NCBI GenBank assembly: GCA_035506715.1
Contig: DATJOW010000053.1
Coordinates: 21,904-85,903 of the forward strand
Reading direction: 5' to 3'
DNA length: 64,000 nucleotides
Origin: Candidatus Acidiferrum sp.
GTDB taxonomy: Bacteria; Verrucomicrobiota; Verrucomicrobiia; Limisphaerales; UBA11358
Shown here: positions 28,901 to 38,261 of the stretch, piece by piece
How positions within the stretch are numbered: the first letter of the stretch is position 1
Layout of the letters: the number at the start of each line of letters is the position of its first letter
The notes under the pieces: model-generated
Told to the model about the DNA's origin: nothing
The model's database searches: none
What the model saw: the letters and a program-made list of their open reading frames with translations, nothing else
Translations under genes and position numbers: made by a program

Positions 28901-30100
28901 ATGAAAGACCGATTCGACCGCATCGAAGCCGTCATCGCCGACCTCCGCAAGGGCAGAATGGTCATTGTGGTGGACGATGCCGACCGCGAAAACGAAGGCG
29001 ATTTGATCCTGGCCGGCCAGTTTGTCACGCCGGCCGCCGTGAATTTCATGGCGAAGTTCGGCCGCGGCCTGATTTGCGTGCCGACGACCTCCGAGCGACT
29101 GCAGCAGCTCGGCATCGAACGCATGGTGCGCCAGAACCGGGAGAGTTTCCGCACCGATTTCCAGGTGAGCGTGGACGCCGCGCGCGGCGTCACCACCGGC
29201 ATCAGCGCCGCCGACCGGGCGAAGACCATCCACGTCCTGGCGTCGCCGACCGCCGTGCCGGAAGACCTCGTCCAGCCCGGCCACGTCTTCCCGCTGCGGG
29301 CGCGGCCGGGCGGCGTGCTCCAGCGCGCCGGCCATACCGAGGCGGCGGTGGACTTGGCCATGCTGGCCGGCTGCCGGCCGGTCGGCATTCTGTGCGAAAT
29401 CATGAACGACGACGGCTCGATGGCGCGCCTGCCGCAATTGCGCAAGTTCGCCAAACGGCATCACCTGAAAATCTGCACCATTGCCGATCTTATTGAATAC
29501 CGCCGCACCCGGGAAAAACTGGTCGAGCATGTCGAGGTGGTGAAACTGCCGACCGATTACGGCGATTTTGATTTGCATCTCTACCGCTCCAAGATTGACG
29601 GCCAGCACCACCTCGCGCTCGTGCACGGCGACGTGGCGGGCCGGCAAAAGGTTCTGGTGCGCGTCCACAGCGAATGCCTGACCGGCGATGTATTCGGCTC
29701 GCGTCGCTGCGATTGCGGGCCGCAACTGCACCAGGCCATGCGGCAGGTGGCGGCGGCGGGCGGCGGCGTGATTGTTTACATGCGGCAGGAAGGCCGCGGC
29801 ATCGGGCTGGCACCGAAAATTAAAGCTTACAAGCTCCAGGAGCAGGGTTACGACACGGTCGAAGCGAACCGGAAGCTGGGCTATGAAATGGACCTGCGCG
29901 AATACGGCCTGGGCGCGCAAATCCTCGTGGACCTCGGCTTGAAAACCATCCGGCTGCTGACCAACAACCCGAAAAAAATCGTCGGGCTCGAGGGATACGG
30001 TTTGAAGATTGCCGAGCAGGTGCCCATCCGCGTGAAGCCGAATCCGCACAACGAACGGTATTTGAAGACCAAACGGCAGAAGATGGGCCATTTGCTGTAA
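28901..30100 (+). CDS. ribBA: bifunctional 3,4-dihydroxy-2-butanone-4-phosphate synthase / GTP cyclohydrolase II
   Basis: ATG at 28901. The RibB part includes VVDDADRENEGDLI and the RibA part includes HSECLTGDVFGSRRCDCG and YMRQEGRGIGL. Confidence 0.95.
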   Translation: MKDRFDRIEAVIADLRKGRMVIVVDDADRENEGDLILAGQFVTPAAVNFMAKFGRGLICVPTTSERLQQLGIERMVRQNRESFRTDFQVSVDAARGVTTGISAADRAKTIHVLASPTAVPEDLVQPGHVFPLRARPGGVLQRAGHTEAAVDLAMLAGCRPVGILCEIMNDDGSMARLPQLRKFAKRHHLKICTIADLIEYRRTREKLVEHVEVVKLPTDYGDFDLHLYRSKIDGQHHLALVHGDVAGRQKVLVRVHSECLTGDVFGSRRCDCGPQLHQAMRQVAAAGGGVIVYMRQEGRGIGLAPKIKAYKLQEQGYDTVEANRKLGYEMDLREYGLGAQILVDLGLKTIRLLTNNPKKIVGLEGYGLKIAEQVPIRVKPNPHNERYLKTKRQKMGHLL

Positions 30101-30183
30101 GCCTTCCTTTTCCTATTGATCAAGCGCTGGCCACCGTGGAATCACGGTGCTGGCGAATCCCGAGACAACCGGATTATGATGCT

Positions 30184-30232
30184 CCCTCTCCGCTCCATCG
30201 GATGGAGGGGAGAAGGGCGGGGTGAGGTGAGG
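30184..30232. repeat. GC-rich palindromic repeat, copy 1 (intergenic)
   Basis: CCCTCTCCGCTCCATCGGATGGAGGGGAGAAGGGCGGGGTGAGGTGAGG forms an imperfect 16-bp hairpin with a GGTGAGG tail. It belongs to the same family as 44014-44050. Confidence 0.7.
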
Positions 30233-30256
30233 TTCTAAATCCCCTCATTTCGGGGG

Positions 30257-31276
30257 TTATTTAGCAACAGGCTGGCCGTCAGTGGCCGACAACCACGCCA
30301 ACACCGGCGGAACCAGTTCGGGGAAAAAGTAAGTCACCGCCTCATGCGTCGCGTCCGGCACGACGATCAGTTCACTGCCGGGCGCGGCCAAAGCCCGCAC
30401 TTGTTCCACGTCGGCCACCGGCGTGATTCGATCTTCCGACCCGGCCACCAACAGCGCAGTCACCGGCGTCCGGACCAGTTCGGTCGTGAGGTCCAGGTCA
30501 GCGGCGGGAACCTCCAGGACGGAAGGCAATTTTTTCAAGCCGGCCCGGACAAACATTTTCGGCATCCACCCGGCGTATTCGCGGCAGAGGTTCAGGACGG
30601 CGTTGGACAACCCGGCGTAGGGTGTGATGGCCACCACGGTGCGGACGCGCGGCTCGACGGTCTTCCAGCGCAACGCCAGCGCCGCGCCGTAGGATTCGCC
30701 GAACGCCGCCACCGGCTCGCGCAGTTGACCCTCCTGCGCCAGCCGGTCCAGCAACTGGCTCAGGTCGTGCGTTTCCTGGAGGCCATAATAAATCCGCTTG
30801 CCGGTGGACTTCCCGTGACCGCGCAGATCCAACAGCACGCACCGCCAGCCGTCCTGTGCCAGCCGCAATGCCCAGGGCGCCATCGAGAACTGGGCCAGCC
30901 CGTAACCGTGCAGCAACACCACCGTCCCGCGCGGCACCGCGGTCCAGACATTCGATTGACCGGGCACATTCGCGCGGAAGGTGAATTCAAATTGTTTCCG
31001 ATCGTGTTCGAGCCAGTTGGTCGCGGTGACGGTCACGTGATAATCCGCCGGCTCGACGACGCGGTAACACAATCGCGCCGGCGGCGGGCCGACGTCCACG
31101 AATTGTTTCGGGAAATTGGTGAGCATCTTCGGGCTGAAGGCCACCGCCACGGGCGCCTTGGGGGCGAACCATTGGGGATACGTGTTGGGCGCCTGCGCCA
31201 TCCGGCGGGCCATGAACGAGCCGCAACCCGCCGTGCCCCAGACCAGCAGGAGGAGCAGGACCAACCAGACTGACAT
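30257..31276 (-). CDS. alpha/beta hydrolase lipoprotein
   Basis: ATG at 31276 (MSVWLVLLLLLVWGTAGCGS). The protein has the overall alpha/beta hydrolase fold pattern and an HG motif (VVLLHGYG). I could not place a canonical nucleophile elbow with confidence. Confidence 0.7.
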   Translation of the reverse strand: MSVWLVLLLLLVWGTAGCGSFMARRMAQAPNTYPQWFAPKAPVAVAFSPKMLTNFPKQFVDVGPPPARLCYRVVEPADYHVTVTATNWLEHDRKQFEFTFRANVPGQSNVWTAVPRGTVVLLHGYGLAQFSMAPWALRLAQDGWRCVLLDLRGHGKSTGKRIYYGLQETHDLSQLLDRLAQEGQLREPVAAFGESYGAALALRWKTVEPRVRTVVAITPYAGLSNAVLNLCREYAGWMPKMFVRAGLKKLPSVLEVPAADLDLTTELVRTPVTALLVAGSEDRITPVADVEQVRALAAPGSELIVVPDATHEAVTYFFPELVPPVLAWLSATDGQPVAK

Positions 31277-31341
31277 TCGCCGTATCACCCCGGATGCTTA
31301 CTCGGTTTCCGGCGATTTGCCAAAAAAATCTTCTCGCCGCC

Positions 31342-31364
31342 GGAGCACCGAACTCCGATTCGGC
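31342..31364 (+). repeat. short hairpin repeat GGAGC(A/G)CCGAACTCC..TTCGGC, copy A
   Basis: GGAGCACCGAACTCCGATTCGGC, preceded by CTCGCCGCC as in copy B. Confidence 0.6.
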
Positions 31365-31568
31365 ATTCAACTCCACAGAAGCAAACGAAGGAAACAAAGA
31401 ACTTGGACACAGATTGCACGGATTAACGCAGACTTCATTTAATCGCACAGCGCGCAAACTTGAACTCGACCTGGAGACAAAATTGACAAAATTTTGTATT
31501 TTTGTCTACAACCTCCATTCCTTGATTCAACGATTTCACCTTCTGGCACCTGGATTCCTCGCCGCACC

Positions 31569-31591
31569 GGAGCGCCGAACTCCTGTTCGGC
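31569..31591 (+). repeat. short hairpin repeat, copy B
   Basis: GGAGCGCCGAACTCCTGTTCGGC has a perfect 7-bp stem GCCGAAC/GTTCGGC. It is preceded by CTCGCCGCA. Confidence 0.6.
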
Positions 31592-31617
31592 CCGGCAACA
31601 AATTTTACCCGGCGTGT

Positions 31618-31640
31618 GCCGATCCGGAGATCGGCGCTCC
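31618..31640 (-). repeat. short hairpin repeat, copy C (inverted orientation)
   Basis: The reverse complement is GGAGCGCCGATCTCCGGATCGGC, with a perfect 7-bp stem. Confidence 0.55.
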
Positions 31641-31701
31641 AGTTCCGATACCACACCGAATAATCCTTGAAAGCAACTTGCCAGTCTGATTTGGTGAAGA
31701 G

Positions 31702-32355
31702 GTGAAAGGTCCATTGATTTGGGCTTGTATTGCACTGATTTCTTTTGTTGCGAGAATGCTGCTTCCTTATTTGGAAGGACGTTCCAATTCCTGGTGGGTG
31801 ATTCCACCCATCATTCCGGCTGATTTGCCGGTGGGACTTTTTCTCTTTCTCAGTTGTATTGTCTTACTTGGGTATTGGCTGCAGTCGCGTATTACTAAGC
31901 GCCATACGAGACTCACTGCCGCGATTTTCTTCATCTCCCTTTTACTTTTAGGTTCCAGTTTCATCATCTATCCTGCCAAAATTTTTCATTACGGTTTTCA
32001 CTCCTACGCGAAGAGCGTGCTCACGGCTGACGAATGGAGAAGTATTTCTCAGTTCGCACAAGAGCACATGCAACCGGGAGCTCGGCTTCCCGGGCCGGAC
32101 AAACCGCTCTGGAATGAGACAGAGCATCGAGCCCTCTGGTCAGGGCTCTGCGCGGCGACGCCGATTCAAAAACTCGACCCATCCTTGATGATATTTGTAA
32201 GTGCAGACGAAACAGAAATCGTGTGGGGAAGTCCGCTTACGGGACACAGAGCCGTCATAATTTACTCCAACAAGAGTGGCGACAATCACCGCAGTAAACG
32301 TCCGCAGTACATGTTCGTCGCTGACGACATTGCGACGGGTGTCAGCGCAGATTGA
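31702..32355 (+). CDS. hypothetical membrane protein in a lower-GC islet
   Basis: GTG start preceded by a GAAGAGG Shine-Dalgarno-like sequence. It has three or four N-terminal TM segments. A sample 60-nt line counted 28 G+C. No family recognised. Confidence 0.45.
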   Translation: MKGPLIWACIALISFVARMLLPYLEGRSNSWWVIPPIIPADLPVGLFLFLSCIVLLGYWLQSRITKRHTRLTAAIFFISLLLLGSSFIIYPAKIFHYGFHSYAKSVLTADEWRSISQFAQEHMQPGARLPGPDKPLWNETEHRALWSGLCAATPIQKLDPSLMIFVSADETEIVWGSPLTGHRAVIIYSNKSGDNHRSKRPQYMFVADDIATGVSAD

Positions 32356-32454
32356 TGCCTACTTTGAAGGTGATTTTCTGAATGATGCGACCATCGAATC
32401 TGTAGGTAATTCCGATATCTCTTGGCTGGAGTTCCTTTGGCAATTCTCTGGACA

Positions 32455-34455
32455 ATGGATTTTGCCGCGCGCAAATTCGCGGCCATGAATCCCGCATTCG
32501 CCCGATTCGCCACCGGTTTTCTCGCTCTGGTACCGGCCATCTCCGGTTTTGGGGCCGGGAACTCAGCCGCGCCGCTTGAAACCAACAGCCTGGCCAGCCC
32601 GGATGGCCGCCTGACGGTGAATTTTCATCTCAACGCCGATGGCGCGCCGCGGTATGCGATTCAACTGGATCACCAGCCCGTCCTCCAGGATTCGCGCCTC
32701 GGCCTGGTGCGCGATGACGCGGATTTTTCCCGGGGCCTTCAACTCGTGTCGGTCTCACCCGCGGAATCCGTCCGGGACAAATACGAGATTCTGACCGCCA
32801 AGCGGCGGCTGAACGATTACCGGGCGAACCGCAAGGTGTTTCACCTGCAAACCCCCGCTGGCCGGAAGCTGGACATCATCTTCCAGGTCTCCAACGACGG
32901 CGTGGCTTCCCGTTATTTCTTCCCCGAAACCAACGCGGCAATCCACCGCCTCACGGAGGAGGTGACATCGTTCCATTTCCTGCCGGACACGCGCGCGTGG
33001 CTTCAGCCGATGTCCGTGGCCAAGAGCGGCTGGTCGCAGGTGAATCCCTGCTACGAGGAATTTTATGAGAAGGACATTCCCGTCGGCACGCCGTCCAAGT
33101 TGGGCGCGGGCTGGGTGTATCCGGCCCTGTTCCGCTCCGGCACCAACTGGCTGCTCGTGAGCGAAAGTTCGCTGCCGCGCAATTATTGCGGCACCCGGCT
33201 GCGCTCGGAATCGCCGGACGGCGAGTATTCCGTCGGCTTTCCCGATCCGCGCGAAATTTTCCCCGGTGGCCCCGTCAATCCCGAATCTTCGCTGCCCTGG
33301 CTCATGCCGTGGCGTTTCATCGTAGTCGGCAGCTTGAAAACCATCGCCGAATCCACGCTCGGCATCGATCTGGCTGACCCGCCGGCATACCCGATGAGTT
33401 CGTCCATCAAACCGGGCAAGGCGTCCTGGAGCTGGCCGTTGCTGGGCGACAGCCAGACCACCTACGACGTGCAGAAGCGGTTCATTGATTACGCCGCCGA
33501 CATGGGCTGGCACTATTGCCTGATTGACTCGATGTGGGACAAGCAGATCGGCTACGACAAAATTGCCGAGCTGGTGAAATACGCCCACGGAAAAAACGTG
33601 CGCATCCTGCTGTGGTACAATTCCGCCGGCAACTGGAACACCGCGCCGCTGACGCCGCGCGACCGGATGCTCACGCACGCAAGCCGCATCGCCGAATTCG
33701 ACAAGCTCAAGGCCATGGGCGTGGCCGGATTGAAAATCGATTTCTTCGGCGGCGACGGCCAATCCATGATCGATTACTACCTCGACATTCTGCAGGACGC
33801 GCAGCCATACGGGTTCGCGATGAATTTTCACGGCGCGACCCTGCCGCGCGGCTGGCAGCGGACGTATCCGAACCTGATGACGATGGAGGCCATCCGCGGA
33901 CTGGAATACTGCACGTTCGAGCAAGCCAACGCCGACCAGGAACCCACCCATGCGACCCTGCTGCCGTTCACGCGTAATGTGTTCGACCCGATGGATTTCA
34001 CGCCGATGGTGCTCGACCGCATCAGCGACCGCATCCAGCGCCGCACGACCAGCGCGTTCGAGCTGGCGTTGCCGGTGCTGTTTACGTCCGGCGTCACGCA
34101 TTACGCGGAAATTCCCGACGGCATGGCCAAGGCGCCGGATTATGTGCGAAACTTCCTCAAGGGCATTCCCGGCGTGTGGGAAGACACGAAATTCATCGAC
34201 GGTTATCCGGGGAAATTTGTCGTGCTCGCGCGCCGGGGCGGCGGCCGCTGGTACCTGGCCGGCATCAACGGCGAACCGACGGAACGGAAGCTCCAGTTGG
34301 ATTTGAGCGGTTTGCGGGTTCATTCCGGCACGCTGATCGCCGACGGCAATGGCGGCAATCTCTCTTTCCGCCAGGAAGCGATTCAACTGCCGGCGGACAA
34401 AAAAGTGGACGTCACGCTGCCGCCGCGCGGCGGGTTTGTGATGGCCTGCAAATGA
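32455..34455 (+). CDS. glycoside hydrolase family 97 (alpha-glucosidase/alpha-galactosidase type)
   Basis: Signal peptide; the alternative start is 32485. The protein has GH97-like length and motifs (GVAGLKIDFFGGDGQ, NFHGATLPRGWQRTYPNLMTMEAIRG). Confidence 0.75.
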   Translation: MDFAARKFAAMNPAFARFATGFLALVPAISGFGAGNSAAPLETNSLASPDGRLTVNFHLNADGAPRYAIQLDHQPVLQDSRLGLVRDDADFSRGLQLVSVSPAESVRDKYEILTAKRRLNDYRANRKVFHLQTPAGRKLDIIFQVSNDGVASRYFFPETNAAIHRLTEEVTSFHFLPDTRAWLQPMSVAKSGWSQVNPCYEEFYEKDIPVGTPSKLGAGWVYPALFRSGTNWLLVSESSLPRNYCGTRLRSESPDGEYSVGFPDPREIFPGGPVNPESSLPWLMPWRFIVVGSLKTIAESTLGIDLADPPAYPMSSSIKPGKASWSWPLLGDSQTTYDVQKRFIDYAADMGWHYCLIDSMWDKQIGYDKIAELVKYAHGKNVRILLWYNSAGNWNTAPLTPRDRMLTHASRIAEFDKLKAMGVAGLKIDFFGGDGQSMIDYYLDILQDAQPYGFAMNFHGATLPRGWQRTYPNLMTMEAIRGLEYCTFEQANADQEPTHATLLPFTRNVFDPMDFTPMVLDRISDRIQRRTTSAFELALPVLFTSGVTHYAEIPDGMAKAPDYVRNFLKGIPGVWEDTKFIDGYPGKFVVLARRGGGRWYLAGINGEPTERKLQLDLSGLRVHSGTLIADGNGGNLSFRQEAIQLPADKKVDVTLPPRGGFVMACK

Positions 34456-34503
34456 CGAAATGACGGACGAAGCGAACCCCCTGCGAAACCAACACGAAAT
34501 ATT

Positions 34504-34851
34504 ATGCCCCTGCTGAAACTTGAAACCACCGTCGCGCTCGCCGACGACAAAAAGAAGGCGTTGCTCGCGTCATTGTCCAAAATCGTGGCCGGCACCATCG
34601 GCAAGCCCGAGCAATATGTCATGGTCACCCTCACTCCGGCGGCCGGCCTCATGTCGGGCAAGCCCGGCGACGCCGCGTTCGTGGACGTCCGCAGCATCGG
34701 CGGCCTGAACGACAGCGTGAACCGGCAACTGGCACAGAAGCTCTGCGCGACTTTGAACGAAATGCTGGGCGTGGCGCCGGACCGGGTTTACCTGAATTTC
34801 ACCGACGTCGCCGCCAGCCATTGGGGCTGGAACGGCGACACGTTTGGCTAA
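34504..34851 (+). CDS. MIF/phenylpyruvate tautomerase-family protein
   Basis: 115 aa starting with Met-Pro (catalytic Pro-1 context, MPLLKLETTV...). The length is typical of a tautomerase-superfamily beta-alpha-beta protein. Confidence 0.7.
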   Translation: MPLLKLETTVALADDKKKALLASLSKIVAGTIGKPEQYVMVTLTPAAGLMSGKPGDAAFVDVRSIGGLNDSVNRQLAQKLCATLNEMLGVAPDRVYLNFTDVAASHWGWNGDTFG

Positions 34852-34888
34852 GACAGTTTGCCCTCCTCAGCGACGCGGCCAATCCGGC

Positions 34889-37771
34889 ATGAAAAATACG
34901 AACATTGAACGCGCCCTTTTTTTTGCCGTCGCTTGCTGTGCCGTCGCCGCGTTGAGGGTCGCGGCCGCCGTCACCCGTCCGGCGGCCACCAACGATTCAG
35001 GCGATTTGCTCGTCGCCGGATTCAAGAATCCGCCGGGATCGGCCCGGCCCCTGACATTCTGGCAATGGATGAACGGTTGCGTGACCAAGGAGGGCATCAC
35101 CGCCGATCTCGAATCCTTCAAGCGCGTTGGCCTGGGCGGAACGCAAAATTTTCTCGTCGGCGGCAGCGAAGCCGTCATCACCGACCCCAGCGTGGAGGTG
35201 CTCAACCCGAAGTGGCGCGAGCTGATGCGCTTTGCCATTTCGGAATCGGCCCGGCTGGGTTTGAGTTTCGGCACGCATAATTGCCCCGGCTGGTCGGCCA
35301 GCGGCGGGCCGGCGGTAAAGGTCGAAGCATCCATGCAGCAACTGGTCTGGACCACGGAGGACTTCAACGGTCCGGGCCTGTTTTCGGACGTGCTCCCCCG
35401 GCCGCCGGTGGATCCCAAGTGGAATTATTACGCAGACATTGCCGTGCTGGCCGTCACCACCAACCAGCCGGTCGCCCTGACCAACGTGATTGATTTAACG
35501 GGACGCATGGCCAGGGACGGCACGCTCGAATGGGACGCGCCGGCGGGCGCCTGGACGATTATCCGCTTTGGACACACCACCACCGGCCGGACCAACGGCA
35601 CCGCCCCCGCCTCCGGCCAGGGCTTGGAATGTGACAAGTTGAGCCGGGCGGCGGTGGACGCATTCTGGGCGGGTTACCCGGCCCAAATCACAGCCATCGC
35701 AGGAACAAACACCGGCCGGACGTTTCAACGGCTGGAGCTGGACAGCTACGAAGCGGGCCCGCAGGACTGGACTCCCGCCCTGCGCGAATTGTTCCGCCAG
35801 CACTGCGGTTACGATTTGCTGCCCTGGCTGCCGGCGCTGACTCGACGCACGGTGCAAAGCCCGGAATTGACCGCCCGGTTTCTTTACGACTGGAGCCGCA
35901 CGGTGTCGGATCTGTTCCGGGAAAATTATTTTAACGGCCTGGGCGAGCTGACCCGGAAAGCCGGCATGCAGTTCCTGCTGGAGCCGTACGCCACCGGACC
36001 GGACGAGCCCTTTGACACGCTGGCGGTTAGCGACACGGCCGATCTGCTGATGTGCGAATTCTGGCAGAAGCCGGCGGATTGGGGATGGGACTCGGTCAAG
36101 CCGATCGCCTCAGCGGCGCATACCCTGGGAAAGCCCCTGGTCCTCGCCGAAGCCTTCACCGGCCAGCCGCAATATGCCTGGCAGCAGGACCCCTACGCCC
36201 TGAAATCCACCGGCGACCGCGCGTTTTGCCTGGGCGTCAACCAGCTCGTGCTCCATGCCAGCCCGCATCAGCCCTGGAAGGACGCCGCGCCGGGCATGAC
36301 CATGGGCTGGTGGGGAACGCAATTCGGCCGGGGCCAGACGTGGTGGGAACACGGCGGGCCCGAATGGATTGAATACCTGTCGCGTTGCCAGTTCCTGCTG
36401 CAGCAAGGGCGGTTCGTTGGCGATCTGTGTTATCTCACCGCCGGCCGGATGACCCCGAAACTGCCGGCGGGGTACGACGGCGACACCTGCGGCGAACGGG
36501 AGCTCGTGATGCGCCTGAGCGTCCAGGACAAGCGCCTGGTCCTGCCGGATGGCATGAGTTATCGCGTCCTTGTCCTGCCGGAACAGAAGCTGATGACGCC
36601 CGAAGTTGCCCGGACCGTTCGGGAGCTGGTCAAGGCCGGCGCCACCGTGCTGGGGCCCAAACCCGCCGGTTCTCCCAGCCTGCAAAACTATCCCGCCTGT
36701 GACCGGGAAGTTGCCGAAATCGCCGACGAAGTCTGGGGCGATTGCGACGGAGTAAACGTGCGCGAACACGGCTACGGCCAGGGCAAAGTTATTTGGGGCA
36801 AACCGCTGGCGCTGGTGCTCCTGCAAATGGGGATTGAACCAGATGTGCGGCTGGCCCAAGACCCGCTGCTCTGGATCCACCGGCGAATGAGCGACACTGA
36901 TTTTTATTTCATTTCCAATCCACAGGACCAGCCGGTCGAAACGCTCATCTCGTTCCGCGTGGACGGCAAGGTTCCCGAGCTGTGGCATCCGGACACCGGC
37001 AGCATCGAACCGGCGCCCGGCTGGCAACGCGTTGCCGGCCGAACCTTGACGACGCTGCAACTGGACCCCGGGGGGTCGGTATTTGTGGTGTTCCGCCGCG
37101 CCGCAACGGATACGGGGCCGGGTCTGGTGCCGCCGGCCAAGATCATGTTGAACGTGCTGGAAGTGGCCGGGCCGTGGAAAGTCGAATTCCAGGCCGGCCG
37201 GGGCGCTCCCGGCAAAATATCGCTGGACCGGCTCATTTCCTGGACTGACAATCCTGATCCTGGCGTGAAGTATTTCTCGGGCACCGCGGTTTACCGCGCG
37301 AGCTTCAAAGTCACGCGCGGATTCATTCCCCCGGACAGCCGGGCCTGGCTGGACTTGGGTGACGTGAAAAACGTTGCCTCAGTCCGTTTGAATGGAAAGG
37401 ACCTGGGCACGTTGTGGAAACCCCCGTTCCGGGTGGACGCCACCCCGGCCCTGAAACCGGGCCAGAACCGTCTCGAAGTCAAGGTGACCAACCTCTGGCC
37501 AAACCGCATGATCGGCGATGAACAGGAACCCGATGATTGCGAGTGGGGCAATGTGGAGTCCTTCCGCTACGTGCCGGGCAACCCGGCCATCGGCCGGCCC
37601 TTGCTGCGCATTCCCCGGTGGCTGCAGGACGGCACTCCGCGGCCGGCCAAAGGGCGCCAGGCCTTCACGACCTTCAAGTTCTTCACTCGTGATTCGCCCC
37701 TGCTGGAATCGGGTTTGCTCGGACCGGTGAAGCTGGAAGTGGCCGCCGAAGTTCGGCCGGCCGGCCCGTAA
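34889..37771 (+). CDS. large secreted glycoside hydrolase (GH106-like / jelly-roll glycosylhydrolase family)
   Basis: ATG at 34889 with a signal peptide. The N-terminus carries FWQWMNGCVTKEGITADLESFKRVGLGG. The C-terminal jelly roll carries LGDVKNVASVRLNGKDLGTLWKPPFRVD...VKVTNLWPNRMIGD. The family assignment is from memory. Confidence 0.6.
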   Translation: MKNTNIERALFFAVACCAVAALRVAAAVTRPAATNDSGDLLVAGFKNPPGSARPLTFWQWMNGCVTKEGITADLESFKRVGLGGTQNFLVGGSEAVITDPSVEVLNPKWRELMRFAISESARLGLSFGTHNCPGWSASGGPAVKVEASMQQLVWTTEDFNGPGLFSDVLPRPPVDPKWNYYADIAVLAVTTNQPVALTNVIDLTGRMARDGTLEWDAPAGAWTIIRFGHTTTGRTNGTAPASGQGLECDKLSRAAVDAFWAGYPAQITAIAGTNTGRTFQRLELDSYEAGPQDWTPALRELFRQHCGYDLLPWLPALTRRTVQSPELTARFLYDWSRTVSDLFRENYFNGLGELTRKAGMQFLLEPYATGPDEPFDTLAVSDTADLLMCEFWQKPADWGWDSVKPIASAAHTLGKPLVLAEAFTGQPQYAWQQDPYALKSTGDRAFCLGVNQLVLHASPHQPWKDAAPGMTMGWWGTQFGRGQTWWEHGGPEWIEYLSRCQFLLQQGRFVGDLCYLTAGRMTPKLPAGYDGDTCGERELVMRLSVQDKRLVLPDGMSYRVLVLPEQKLMTPEVARTVRELVKAGATVLGPKPAGSPSLQNYPACDREVAEIADEVWGDCDGVNVREHGYGQGKVIWGKPLALVLLQMGIEPDVRLAQDPLLWIHRRMSDTDFYFISNPQDQPVETLISFRVDGKVPELWHPDTGSIEPAPGWQRVAGRTLTTLQLDPGGSVFVVFRRAATDTGPGLVPPAKIMLNVLEVAGPWKVEFQAGRGAPGKISLDRLISWTDNPDPGVKYFSGTAVYRASFKVTRGFIPPDSRAWLDLGDVKNVASVRLNGKDLGTLWKPPFRVDATPALKPGQNRLEVKVTNLWPNRMIGDEQEPDDCEWGNVESFRYVPGNPAIGRPLLRIPRWLQDGTPRPAKGRQAFTTFKFFTRDSPLLESGLLGPVKLEVAAEVRPAGP

Positions 37772-37837
37772 AACCTCCCATTGCCAGCCGCCAGTTGAAG
37801 CTGGTCGGGCGGCGCGAGTAACTGATACGTTGAACCC

Positions 37838-38251
37838 ATGAGCCAGTTCCCCGTCAGCCCGGAAAAAGAGGACCAGCTCGCGCGGCGCATGGCCGCCCTG
37901 GGCGTGCGTGAAGCGGACCTCCAGGAAACCTTCGTCCGCTCGGGCGGGCACGGCGGTCAGAACGTCAACAAGAACGCCACCTGCGTCATGCTGCTTCATG
38001 TCCCGACCCAGTTGCGCGTCAAATGCCAGACGACCCGGCAGCAGGGACTCAACCGCTTTCTCGCCCGCCGGCTGCTGCTCGACAAAATCGAGGCGCGGCA
38101 AAAGGGCTACGCGGACGCCAAACGCGAGGCGTTCGAAAAAATCCGCCGGCAGAAGCGGCGCCGCAGCCGCCGGTCCAAACAGCGGATGCTGGCCGACAAA
38201 TCCCATCAGGCGGCCAAAAAGGAAGCCCGCCGGTCGGTGACTCTGGAATAA
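37838..38251 (+). CDS. RF-1 domain protein (ArfB-like peptidyl-tRNA hydrolase / release-factor-like)
   Basis: 137 aa with the GGQ motif (SGGHGGQNVNK) and a strongly basic C-terminal tail. Confidence 0.75.
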   Translation: MSQFPVSPEKEDQLARRMAALGVREADLQETFVRSGGHGGQNVNKNATCVMLLHVPTQLRVKCQTTRQQGLNRFLARRLLLDKIEARQKGYADAKREAFEKIRRQKRRRSRRSKQRMLADKSHQAAKKEARRSVTLE

Positions 38252-38261
38252 CCGGACGGAT

